From the human T2T-CHM13v2.0 reference genome, Homo sapiens: a DNA stretch of 64,000 nt. Each line of letters begins with the position of its first letter. The stretch's first letter is position 1. The notes under the pieces were generated by a model. It saw only the letters and a list, made by a program, of their open reading frames with translations. It made no database searches and was not told the DNA's origin. The translations under genes were made by a program, and so were the position numbers. Shown here piece after piece: positions 15,001 to 27,400 of this stretch. The stretch lies in the NCBI GenBank assembly GCA_009914755.4, contig CP086569.2, positions 7,584,001 through 7,648,000 of the forward strand. Direction: 5' to 3'.

Positions 15001-18000
15001 ATGTTCCTGTTAGTAGAAGTCAAAAAGGAGAATGACATCGCCTAGGGGCAGTATTCAGTTATGTGTCAAAATCCACTGTAAGTACAGGGCCAAGGCAGTA
15101 GAAGGGAGTCACGTCAATTCATGGGGGATGTAGATATAAAACACAATTCTTCTTGTAGGCAGATTTCAGGCAGATAATTCACATTACCTGGGTGATGGTC
15201 CCAGTGATATATGAAAGTGCCCTTTGAAGGCAAGGCCAAAGAAGGTATTATATATTCCTTGGGTTTTTGTTCAACATATGGCACTATTTCACCTGTTGTC
15301 TGGGCCTAGAAAAGAGAGTCAGATTATTCATGTGCTAGACATGGTTACCTGTCCCAATCACACTCTCAGATATGTTTGGAAATAAGTTTCACATGCCACA
15401 CAACACCTGGTTTCCTGTAGGTAAGTCAACTCTTTCTATGAGGTAGATCTTAATAGAGGAGTCATAATCTCAACAACGGTCAAGATTCATGTATAGGAGC
15501 CCCAATCCCCCTTGAAGACTGTGTTCCAGTAAGGAAGACACAACACCACAGGTGTGCTGAATCATGGTTCAAATGTTACCAAATCATCTGTGAATCAGAT
15601 CTATGTATGAGAATAATTATTTAAACATTTGACTGCTTATTTGTGCGATATTAGTACCTTATTCCTATGCCCTGTTCATGTGTGAGAATGACAATCATGT
15701 CAGCTAGGTGTGCATTCAAACTTCCCATTCTCATTTCATTGCTGGCCTCTGTTATAACATTATTTGTACAATTAAGGCTTTATATGATATAGCCGAGTGT
15801 TATAATCCTTTGTAAATTTTATACAATTAAAAAAACCAGGACTTTACCCATGGTCATAAGACTGGCTATGAGAGTCAATTATCTCTACTGGCTGGGTCCA
15901 GGTATGAGAGTTATTATTCTGCATGTGTGCTTAACACATATATATATCACAACTTGACCAGTCAGCAGTTATAAGAAAGGAAAGTCACATCACCGAAGTG
16001 TTGTGTCAATTATACAGTACAGTCTTATTTGTAGACTGGGCCTAGTCAGAAATGTCACATCCGATCACCTTGGTGCTGAGCCAGTGATACAGTATAATCT
16101 CCTTTGCATATGGCAACTAGTCAGAATGGTCACATCGCCTTGGGACAGCATCAAAGAGTATGTCACCAAGTGCACTATTGACAGGAGGAAAGAAAAAGAG
16201 GAGCATCACTCTACCTAAGTGCTGGGCTCTGCAAACTGTAATAATCCACTCTCTTGGCAGAGTCTAGAATATGAAGCAAAGCCACATCACATAGGTTTTG
16301 CAATCAGTGGTATGTCAAAACTTCTTTGGTGAGCCAGATCCAGACAGGAGAGGAGAGTTACAAGACCTAGATGTTAAGTTAAACAATATTTCCCAATGTC
16401 CTCTGGGGGCAGAGAACATGCAGGAGAGACCAATTCCCCAGTTTATAGGCCCAGATTAATGTGATAATATCTCCTGTTAGCAGAGTCCAGACAGAAGAGT
16501 CACATTATAATAATATGAACCCAGTGATATATCACAATGCACCCATGGGAAGAAATTTATGCCAAATTATCTCAACAGCTGGGTACTAGGCTTAGTAATA
16601 TACCAAATTTCCTTGACTTTGAGGGTGAAACCATTAACTGTGAGCTGGGTGCGTATATAAGAGTAACAATTTCATTTGTTTCCTGGGCCATTGATTAACA
16701 CTTTATTGCATTAGAGTTGCAAATCATTCTGAGGCCTACATGCTTATATGGATTCATGATCTTACATAATGCCCTAAACCCAAGGTATAGCAGTCAACAT
16801 CTCTTCTGTAGTCTGGTTTCAGGGATGACACACTTTATTATGCCTGTGAGCTGGATCAAGAAAAGAGTCACCAGCCCACCTATGGCCAGATCCACATATG
16901 AAGGTCACAATTCCAATTTTGTAGTGTATTCACTTGTTAGACTCAAGACCTTAACAGTGAGCTTTGGATAATTGGAATAGTCTCAACATTTGCTTTTACT
17001 TGAGTGTGTAATCCAGAGTCCCAATATGAATTTTTGCTATTCCCTGTCATGAAACTCTCTGTACCCCACAAGGAGTTTATACATTCCCAGTTAGTTTTAT
17101 AAAGATCTTTTAGTTTGGTGCAAATATGCAACCCACAACCTCATCTATTAATCTTGTCCTAGTGTTACAAAGCAAAATATCTCCTATTGGCTGAATCCCA
17201 GTATAATTTGGACCATCTTGCCTGTGAACTGAAGTAAGGTATATGTCATTATCTCATTTGTGTGTCAAAAACTAAGCAGGGTTGCACCATCACTTAGGTG
17301 CTGTGCCAAGCATCATGTCACAATGCTGTCTCTAGGCAAAGTATAGGAATTAAAATCATATTAACTGGGTAATAGACCCAGCAATATGACACTACACCAT
17401 ATGTGGAAAAAGAACAGAAAAGAAATCAGAGCCAAAACACCTACAGAATAAGCTCAGGATATGTCAAAATACCTTCTGTAGCTGCAGGAAAGCGTGATAG
17501 TCACATGTTAGTGTGCTGGGAACAGCAACATGCCATAATCCTCACTGTATGCACAATCCAGGCTAAAAAGTAATATTATATGCATGCTGGGCCCTGCAAT
17601 AGGTCAAAATTTCTGTTTGTTTGCATGGTTCAACAGAAAAAGGAGTCAATTTGAGTGCCAGGCTGAGCAATATGTCACAATTCCCTCATTGTAAACACCA
17701 GGCTGAAGAACAGAGTCAATTCACTTAAGTCTTGGGCTTGGAGACAGGTACCACTGCCCTAGTAGTCAAGGCAGAGTCAGAAAAGGAAAGTCATGTTACC
17801 TAGGTGCTTTCCTAGTTATATGTCACAATCTAACAAGTGGGCAGAAATCAGGCAGAAGAGTCACATCACCTGGGTAGAGCCTCAAGTAATATGTCACAAT
17901 GCCCAATGTAGACAGGTTTGATGAAAAAAAAATCACAACACATAGGTGCTGAACTCAGGAACATGTAGTAATTCCATGTCTTGGCAGAGTCCAGGGAAAA

Positions 18001-18794
18001 GAAGAGAGTCATGTCACTTAGGCTTTGCACTCAATTGTATGTCACAATTTCTTTGGTAGACAGGTTCCAGGCAGAAGAGGAGACTCACATTACCTAGATG
18101 CTATATCTAGTGATATATCACAATGCACTGGCAGGAGAGACATATCACCTGGCCAATAGGCCCAGAGGTGTACAAAAATACCCCATTTTCAAGGCCCAGG
18201 CAGAAGAGTCCCATTATCATGATTCTGACCCAGTGATATATAACAATGTCCTTATGGAAAGGAATTTAAACCAAAATGTCCCAACACTGGGGTACGAAGC
18301 CAAGTAATATGACACAATCTCCTCATCTTTAAGGGTGACACAATTAATGGTTAGCTAGTTGTTTATATGGAGTCACAATGTCACGTATGTTGTAGCCATT
18401 GTAAAACATTCTCTGCAACATCTGTTAACAATATACAACATGCGTGAGAGTTGAAACATCTCTGAGGCCTACATGCTTATATGAACTCATGATCTTTCAT
18501 ATTGCCTTAAGCCAACATATGACACTCAACATCTCTCCAACAGGCTTGCTTCAGAGATGAGATCATTTATAAACCTGTGACCTGGGGCCAGAAGTGAGTC
18601 ACCATCTTACCTGTGACAATATTAACTTTTGAAAGTCACAATTCCAACTTGTGTATGCACTTGTTCTGTATGCACTTGTTAGACTCAGGATCTTAACAAT
18701 GGGATTTGTAATGTGAGAAGGTAACATCTTTTACTTTCACTTGAATGTGTAGTGGAGATTCAGAATCTTAACATTTTGCTGGCATCTGTTGTAA
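1..18794. repeat. Tandem satellite array, beta-satellite (BSR/Beta)-like ~68-77 bp monomers, segment 1
   Basis: The core ATATGTCACAAT recurs every ~68-77 bp (for example at 46, 121, 239, 315, 457, 525, 593, 670). It is followed by GGCAGGGCCCAGGCAGGAGAGTCACATCACCTAGGTGCTGGGCCCAG-like sequence, with diverged monomer variants in between. Multi-kb blocks repeat: landmark TGTCCTGTTTTCATGTGTGACAA at 941, 3431 and 13721. The family assignment to beta satellite is from memory of the consensus, at ~0.6 confidence; the tandem-array call is secure. Confidence 0.93.
941..3430. repeat. 2.5 kb deletion-variant HOR copy (block C missing)
   Basis: A at 941 runs straight into B at ~1800. The junction is near 1790: …aggaataagactcaac | tgttggctttctaaatgtaggatggcgg. 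The A-path sequence at 4250 continues instead with catcctgcacaag. Confidence 0.65.
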
Positions 18795-19150
18795 ATAACT
18801 TTTAGTATAGAATTAATAACGGAAGTTTTGAGTAAACACAATTGTGGATAATTAACATGGTTAAGAGCGTAGTTCTAAAAATGATTAAGGTCAGGTACTA
18901 TGGTCTAAAGTAAATACTATTAAGGGGAAATTTTCTTGGTCAAGCTCCCCACTGAGAGGGCCAATTAGTTCAAATAGAGGTAGAATAAACAGACTTAACT
19001 GGGGAAGCCTATATTGTCCCTAATTTTACCCTGGGGTAAAATTTAAGCCTGCTCAATTATTACAAGCTATGTAACTTTTCAGCCTTCAAAAAAGGTTTGT
19101 GACTGTTCCTTATAACGTCCCCTAATATTTCCTTTTAATATTTCTACCAG
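18795..19150. other. Unclassified non-satellite insert (~355 bp) inside the array
   Basis: It does not align to any monomer type. It contains CpGs (acgg, ccggc, acgtcc) that are otherwise rare in the array. Diverged satellite sequence flanks it on both sides (…ctgttgtaaataac | insert | atctcaacataccggctgtgtctaggtatgagagttattattgtgcag). It sits at a discontinuity in the HOR register. Confidence 0.5.
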
Positions 19151-22100
19151 AAACCAGAGTGAATCTCAACATACCGGCTGTGTCTAGGTATGAGAGTTAT
19201 TATTGTGCAGAAGTGGTTAACCCAAACATTTTTCACAGTTCCACCTATGAGCAGGAAGAAGCCAGGATACTCACATCATCTGGATGCTTAGCCAGTGATA
19301 CAGTATAATCACATATGTAGGCTGAGCATAGTATGAAGAGTCACATCACCTGGATACAGACTGAAATAGTATCAAGCCTGCTATTGACAGAAAAAGAGAC
19401 AAGTCACTCAACCTAGGAGCTGGGCTCTGCAAAATGTAATAATCCCCTCTCTTGACAAAGTCTAGAACATGGATGAGAGTCACAATACCTAGGTTTTGCA
19501 ATCAGCTGTATGTTACAGTTTACTTGGTGAGCAGAAGACAGACAGGAGAGGTGAGTAACATGACCTAGATGTTAAGCCAAATGATATTTTACAATGTCTT
19601 CTGGGGGCAGGCACTGGAGAGAAAAATCACCAAGTTTATAGGCCCAGAGATATGTGATACTATTATCTATTGGAAGGGTCCTAGCAGAAGAGTCACATTT
19701 TTATGATTCTAACCCAGCAATATGTCAAAATGTACCCATGGGAAATTTAAACCAAAATGTATCAACACCTGGGTACTACGCCTAGTAAGATGCCAAATCT
19801 CCTTGTCTTTTAGGGTGACACCATTAACCATGAGCTGGCTGTGAATATGAGAGTCACAATCTCACATGTTTCCTGGGGCACTGTATAACCCTTTACATCA
19901 TTAGAAGGCTTTATAGAGCATGAATGAGAGTTGCAAACCTACATGCTGCTATGGACTCATGGTATTACATACTTTCCTAAACTGAAGTATGACAGTCAAC
20001 ATCTGTCTTGTATGCTGGCTTCAGGGATGAGTCCATTATTATGCCTGTGAGCTGGGTCCAGAAATGAGTCACCAACCCACTTGTGGCCAGATTCCCTTAT
20101 GAAAGTTACAATTCCAATTTTTTACTGTATTCACTTGTTAGACTCAGGACCTCAACAATGGGCCTTGTAAATATAAGATGGTCACAACTTTTACTTTCAC
20201 CACAATGTGTAGTTGAGAGTCACAATCTTAACATTTTGATGGGCTCCATTAGGAAACATTCTGTACCACACAAGAAGTATTTATGATATGAGTTAGTGCT
20301 GTAAAATTGTGTGAGCTTTGTAAAATATCAAATTAAAGAATTTATCTATTGATCTAAACCTAGTGATAAGAGAAAAAAAAATCTCTCCTACTGGCCGAAT
20401 ATAAGCTTGATCATCATGCCTTTGAACTGAAGGAAGGTATATGTCATAATTCAATTTTTAGGACAAAACCTAGCCAGAAGGTTAACATCACTTAGGTGCT
20501 ATGCAAAACAATAAGTCACAATACCCTTTTCAGTCAGGGTCTACTAAAGAAGGTCACATTAACTGGGGGATGGAGCTTAGTAATGTGATACAATCACACG
20601 TGGAAGAAAGCAAGCAAAGTAATGAGAGCCAAAATACCTACAGACTGGGCCAAAGATATGTCAATATAATTTCTGTGGCTCTGTCACAGACAGGAGAGTC
20701 ACATCATTAGAGTGCTGGGCCAAACAGTATGCCATAATTCCCTCTTTATGCATGACCTAGGCAGAAGAGTAACATCATCTGGGTGCTGAGCCCTAAAATA
20801 TGGCAAAAGGCCTGTTCATGGGCATTGTTTGGCAGCAAGTCAAAAGTAACATTATCTAAGTGCTGGGCTCAATATCTCACAATACGTCAATTGTTTATAT
20901 GTATTTAATACACCTAGACAATTTAATAGGTGGGCAGAATCCAGGCTGAAGAGCCAAATCACCTGGTCCTGGGACCTGAGATATTCACAAGCCCTCCTTA
21001 GAAAAGGACCCAGTCAAGAGATTTACATCACCTAGGTGCAGGTCCCACACTTATTTTACAATGCTCCATGTGGGCAGGGCCAAGCAGGAAGTCACATCAC
21101 CTAGGTGAAAGGCATAGAAATATGTCACAAAGCTTTCCTTAAAGCATGTCCCTGACAAAAGAGTACCATCACCTTTGTGTCTGGCCTAGCGATATGTCAC
21201 TTTTCAAGTGGGCAGTTCCCAAGCAGAAGAGACATATCATCTCTATGATAGGTTCTGTGGTATTTCAAAATGTCCTCTTTTGGACATTTTGAAATATGCC
21301 AAAATAGTATCATAACCTCTGTGCCAGGCTTAAGAATATGTCATTATCCTGCCCTGCTTGCAGGGCCCATTCCAGAGAGCAGAGTAATGTCTTTTAAGTG
21401 ATGGACACAGTGATATGTAACAATGATGTCTGTCTCATGGGGCAGGCAAGAATGTAACATCACCTTGTTACTGCATCCAGTAATGTCACAATACTTACTG
21501 AGAGCAGGGCCCAGGCAGAAGAGTAACCTCACTTCAAGGCTGACCCAGGTAAATATCAAAATCCCATATGTATGCTTGAACCAGTCTGAAGAGACAAATC
21601 ACACCGGTAATTGGCAAAGATTATATCACAGTCTTGATGGAATAAAATTCTAGGGATTAGATTTAAAATACCACACATGTCCTGTTTTCATGTAGGACAG
21701 TTGCATTCATCCATCTGTGATGGTGAAAGTCCATACTGTCAGTTGGGTTTGCATACGAGACTCACAATTTATTCAGTGTGCTAGGCCCTTTATGACACTC
21801 TCTATACAACAGAAGGGTGTTATAAAATATGTGTGAGTTAGTAAACTTCTGTGACCTTTATAGCAGGAGATTCCACATCACTCATGTCCCTAAACCTAGT
21901 TATAAGAGGCAAAATTTCTTCTATTGCCTGGTCCCACATATAAGAGTCATTATGATGCCTATTAGCTGTGCCTAGGTGTATGTCACCATGCCTTCTTTGG
22001 TTATAAAACAGACAGAACAAACATATCACCTAAATTCTAAGCAAGAAGTATTCCAACCTTCTCTTTGTTAGCAGGGCACTAACAGAAAATTTACAAAACT

Positions 22101-24549
22101 TTGGTGCTAGTCCAAGTTGTATGGCATAATGCCTCTTCTGGAGAGTGTCCAGGCAGTTGAGGAGAGTCACATCACCTAAATGATGGGCCCAGAGATATGT
22201 CACAAAACCTCCTGTTGAAATGGCCCAGGAAAGAGAGTCACGCTATTTGGAGGCAGTGTTTAAAAATGCTATACTCTTCACTGGAAGGAGGTTCAGGCAA
22301 ATGAGGAACATCACATTACCTAGATGATGGGCCCATAGATATGTTATAATTTTTTCTGAGGACACTGTTATGACAGGAGAGTCAAACTAATAAGGTTGTT
22401 GGTCCAGGTATATGTCAAACTGTCATATGCAGGCTATAATTAGGCAGGATTATTAAATCACTAAGGAGCTGGACAAACGTATATGTCACAATAACACCAG
22501 TGGAAAGGTTCAGGAATGAGAGTCATCATTCTGCCCATACTAGCTCCAGGTATAAGAGTTGCTATTATCCCTTTGATGTGTTCTCAGGTATATGCCACAA
22601 TATCACCTGTGGGCAAGGTGAAGAAAGGTAAGTCACATCACCTTAGTGGGCTCTGGTCCAGTGAAATATCACAATCCTCCTGGTGGGCAGGACTCCTGGA
22701 AAACAGTCACATCACCTGGATGCTGTTTTAAGTGATATATCAAAATCCACCCTATGTGCAGGGCTTAGGCAGGAGATGAGACAAACTTAAGCAATTGGCC
22801 TGGAGATATGTCACAAAAGCCCCTAAGTGCAGAACCAAGGCCGGAAAGTGTCCTCGCTTTGCTTCTGGGTTCAGCAACATTTCACAATCTCTCTGGTGGT
22901 TGGAACTCAGGAAAGAAAAAAGAAAAATCACCTAGGTGCTGAACCAAGAGTTATGTTAAAAAGCTTTCTATTGGCAGAGCCCCACAAAAAATGAGTTGCA
23001 TCACCTGAGTGCAGTACCCTGTTATGTGTCACAATGCACAATAAGTACAGTGCCAAGGCAGTAGAAAGAAGTCACATCACTTACATGATGGATCTAGAAA
23101 AAAGCCACAGTGCTCTCCGTAGTAAGGGTTCAGGACAAGATTTTACATCAGCTGCATGCTGGTGTTAGTGACATGTAAAAGTGCCCTTTGTCACATTGCT
23201 GAAGGTGTTATATATTGCTTGTTGCAGGTGTGTCACAATTTCAACTGTGCTCTGGGCCAGAAAGGAGAGTCAAAATACTCAGATACTGGGCAAAGTCACA
23301 CTTCTCATTCACATACTGAAAAATGTTCAGAATCAGATTCACAGTCCCACACAAGTCCGAGCTTTAGGTATGAGAGTCAACATCTCCTATGATTGAGTCA
23401 AAGTAGAGGAGTCACAATATCAACAATGGGCAAGATGCATGTGTAAAAGCCTCAATCCCACTTGAAGATTGTATTCCAGGAGGAGAGTCAAATCACTAAA
23501 TTTCGCTGAATCATGGTTCAAACATCACCAAACCACCTGTGGATCTGATTCATATGTGAGTGTAACAATTTCTAGCTTTGACTGCTTATGTGAGGTAGAA
23601 TTACTACATCATTCATAGGCTCTGTTTATGTGTGAGAATGAAAACCATGCCAGCTGGGTGTGCATCCAAGAGTCACAATAACACATGGTCGCTGGTGCCA
23701 TTTACAACATGCTTTGTACAACTCAGACTTTATATGATATGACTGAGTAGGCTAATTTTCTGTGAATTCTTATAGGTGGGAGATTTGGACTTTATCCATG
23801 GCTATAAGATACACTATGAGAGTTAAAGTATTTCCCATGGCTGGGTGCCTTCATGAGAATTATTATTGTGTATGTGCACTGATTTCAGGTGTATATCATA
23901 ATTTTGCCTTTGGACAGAGACAAGACAGAAGAGTCACATCATTTGCATACTGAGCCATGGATACCCTATAATCTCCTCTGTAGGAAGGAGCAACTCCCAT
24001 GGGTCAAATCACCTGGGTGCAATCTCAAATAATAGGTCATCTTGACAGCTGTATACGGGATTGAAAAAATAGTGGATAGTCACATCATCTAAGTGTTGGG
24101 CTTAGCCATATGATATAATTCCCTCTCTTGACAGAGTACAGAACAAAGGGGGGAGGTTCACATCACCTATGTTTCGCACTTGGGGTATGTCACAATTTCA
24201 TCAGTGAGCAGGACCCAAGGAGGAGAGGTGAGCCACATTACCATGATACTATATATAGTGATATATCATAGTGTTGCCTGTGGGCAGGACACCAGAAGGA
24301 GAGATACATCACCTAGAAAATAGGCCTAGAGATATGTGACAATATTTCCTGTTTGCTGGGCCTAAGATGAAGAGTCGTATTATTATGATTCTAATCCAGC
24401 GATATTTCACAATCCACCTGTAGTAACGAATTTGAGTCATTAATCTCAACACCTAGGGTTACTAGGCATAGTGGTGTGACAAAATCTCCTTATGTTTTAG
24501 GGTGACACTTTTTACTGGTGTGTATTTAAGTGTCACAACCTAACACTAC
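19151..24549. repeat. Beta-satellite-like array, segment 2 (up to the provirus integration point)
   Basis: Same monomer family. HOR landmark A at 21681 and the block-C landmark at ~23331. The monomer is cut at …agtgtcacaacctaaca(ctac) by the LTR. Confidence 0.93.
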
Positions 24550-25425
24550 TGTGGGATCTGGCCAGCAGCCCACAATGCAATGGGGCTCTTTCTTTGTTCC
24601 CAGGCAGATCAGCAGGTCGAGAAATAAAAGACACACACAAGATAGTGAAAGCTTTGTTCAGGGGGGTAACCACATTCTGGTTCTGTGATGTCACCAATGC
24701 AGTGGATATAACAGCATTTTTTATTAAGTTTAGTGAGGGTGGAGGTAGGTTCCTGAGGGATTTAGGATCATTTGATTATGAGGTGAGATTGTCACATGGG
24801 GATGAAGTAATTCTTTAACATAGCATCGGTATGTATGCAGAAGTACAGTATACAGAGATAGGAATTTACAATGTAATGTGTGCATCAGCAATTTCTAACA
24901 GAGCCTTAAAACAGAAACACAGTCTTTCCATAACCTGTGATTAGTAAGATATTAATCAGCCATAATAGTTGCAGCAAAAGCTGTTTGCAAACAATCAATG
25001 GAAGCAGGACGTGAAGCTAGACAACCAGTTAGATCATAAATTCTCAGACGGGAGTATGCCTTAACCCTAAAGAGCAATAAGAGAGCCATGGCAAAATAAG
25101 GGCATTTATAGCCCTGTCTTATCCATATGAACAGGTGCCCATCATGCATTCATTTATGGGCTTTCCACACAAGGGTCTCATTCCATTCCCAGAGCTATGA
25201 ACATCTGCTTTTCTGGGTAGGAATCTTGGTGATGTGAAACCTCCCTGACTGCACGTCTGTTTACAGGCTCTTTGCAGGCGGAAGCACATCACATGCTGTT
25301 GGCTCATTCTGGCAGCCCAACTTGGCATTTTATTTACACAATCATGCATGTAATTTTGTATTTACAATAATCAGGAACATTTCATCTTTTATGTCATGGA
25401 AATAGTTTCAGGGGGTCTCCCTACA
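24550..25425 (-). repeat. 3' LTR of the provirus
   Basis: Homologous to 32985-33859. Read on the minus strand it starts tgtagggagacc and ends gatcccaca. It contains ggctataaatgccc (TATA-like) and aataaa downstream of it, giving a U3-R-U5 layout. Confidence 0.9.
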
Positions 25426-27400
25426 TCTCCCCCTTTTCTCTGATTTAAATGAAGCACAGCAATCATAGCTTGGCACTGATCATGATTGGATTGAAGAATT
25501 TTTTTTCCAATTTTATTCATGAACAATAAACCAATAGCATAAATTATACACAGAAGAAAATTAATGATGGTGGGTACTCCAAAAGATTTTATCCATTGAA
25601 TTAGGTAGAGATTAGATAACCTCTCAGAGATACGGTCTAAAACTTTAGCACCAGATAAAGCAGTTAACTGTGTCTGAGAGGTCTCAAAAATCTGTTCTTT
25701 TAGCTTGCTCCTGTCCACACTTAAAGTATCTTCACTTCCTTGAAAATGGTATTTTACTGATTCCCAATTGTGAACACATTATATCTCCCATCCATATAAT
25801 AGTTTGTCTTAGATCATTAATTTGATTGACCAATTTTTTATCAACACCTGAGTGAGAATTCTACATCTGAGTAGATTTTTTTGCCATTTATCCACAAAAT
25901 GAACAGTTTGAATAGATTGATGTAATGCAACCCCAGCAGTAGCAGCAGTCACAGTAACAGCAATCAAACCCATTATTACTGCCATTAATGTAAAAATAAA
26001 TTGTTTACTCCTTTTAAGAATTTCTGTAGAATATTTTTAATAACATGTATAGAAGGGGAAGATTCCCAAGGCCTATGTAAGACTACAGGGAGCCAAATAC
26101 CATCTCTGGCTCTGATATTAAAATACTATGATATTGGTTAAAGGATGAGTTGATACAAGTATACAAGTAACAATTAACACAGGTAATCATGTTGTTTTTT
26201 TAACTAATATGCATCTTTCCTACTAATAACATATATGGTGGTTTAACACAACTTTTAAGAGGTATAGTTTTGTTAGACTCCGTATAGATAATATATGTAT
26301 TTTGGGATAGTACTTTTTTTTGTGAATGTGGGATGTGGGGAATACGTTGTATGGGAGGTGGTGGGGGGACATTAGCAATGGGGGGTATAAGTCCTCATAA
26401 TCTTCACTGTCCCATCTTTGAATTGACCTTCTGATGATTGCCATAGTGATATTTTTGGCTGTGTGGGGATAATAGTGTGAATCAATTTGTTGTATTAGTT
26501 TTTTAGGTGACAAGGTAGATTTACTTATAACACTTTCCCCAGCCCAAACTCTGATACTAGTCATAGCTATGGTTAATCTTCATAATTCTGAATGTTCAGC
26601 TCCTAAGTGGGGATCAATAAGCCTTGGCTTTAGAGGGGCAACCCCTGCCCCTTTCCATTTAAAAGGAATAAAGTAGTTAAATTTATGATATAATAGGGGA
26701 GGCTTGTCACTAATTTTTGTTGAGTAATATCATAGAGAAAATGTTGACAATCTCTGTGACCTTGAGAACAGTCACTAGTAATATGATCTTTTGAGGCCCA
26801 ATCAGCAATGGTGTAGTGAGAAAAATTGAATAGCACACTTCCTTCTGGACTAACACAATCCTTCCATATTAATTTGTCAGCATTTGGAGACAAGTTGAGA
26901 GGACACACAGGTCCTAATTCTTATATTGGGAATATAATCAGCAAATACTATTTTGATCTGCCTTAGAAGTTTTATTGAGAGACCTCATACCAACCGTCCT
27001 AAAGGATGGACAGAGTGACCAGATGGTAGTGTGACCACCCAAGTTTGAATATCTAATGAGAGATATCCATTAGTGGGTCCTAGGCACAAAGGTGGATACC
27101 TAAAACCTAAAGTGATATTAAAAGGGATTCCTTCTTCTGAAGTTTGGGCAGGACAATGATCATCTATAGGACCAGGCATCCAAATACTATCATTAATGCA
27201 GACCGTGAGAGGAGCATCCATCCATGTCACAGCTCAAATACGAGAAGGAAAAGGAATATAGGCCCAATATGTATACTTTCGACAGTCTGTGGAGTGACAG
27301 AGTGTAGAAGCATCAGTGTCATCAGGAGGAGGCAGAGGTTGAGATGAACCTGGATCACTGAAGAAGAGTTGTTCAGGATGTCTGACTGGAATGTCTGTTA
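25389..27400 (-). pseudogene. env: env remnant (SU/TM), multiple stops and frameshifts
   Basis: Minus-strand ORF 25389-25718 reads SKLKEQIFETSQTQL…WIKSFGVPTIINFLLCIIY…NQRKGGDVG. That matches the HERV-K TM C-terminus (SKLKEQIFEAS…TWIK…TIIN…SKRKGGNVG) and runs into the LTR, as in HERV-K. A fusion-peptide-proximal stretch [21 protein letters not shown] sits at ~25860-25990. SU-like fragments at 26223-27230. The 5' boundary is approximate. Confidence 0.75.
25426..25441 (-). promoter_or_regulatory. Polypurine tract (plus-strand primer) abutting the 3' LTR
   Basis: Plus strand tctcccccttttctct, which is AGAGAAAAGGGGGAGA on the minus strand, directly 5' of the LTR start TGTAGGG. Confidence 0.8.

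Noticed and set aside
18795-19150. The 355-bp insert as a NUMT (mitochondrial rRNA-like)
   Set aside because: By-eye comparison with human mitochondrial 12S and 16S stretches found no match.
24594-24818. Identical ~75-95 aa ORFs in both LTRs on the plus strand (MFPGRSAGREIKDTHKIVKA…), plus sense-strand LTR ORFs at 24952-25349; I considered a Sag-like accessory ORF as in MMTV
   Set aside because: Duplicated only because the LTRs are duplicates. The conserved ORFs are antisense to the provirus. The sense-orientation LTR ORFs are short and unlike Sag.
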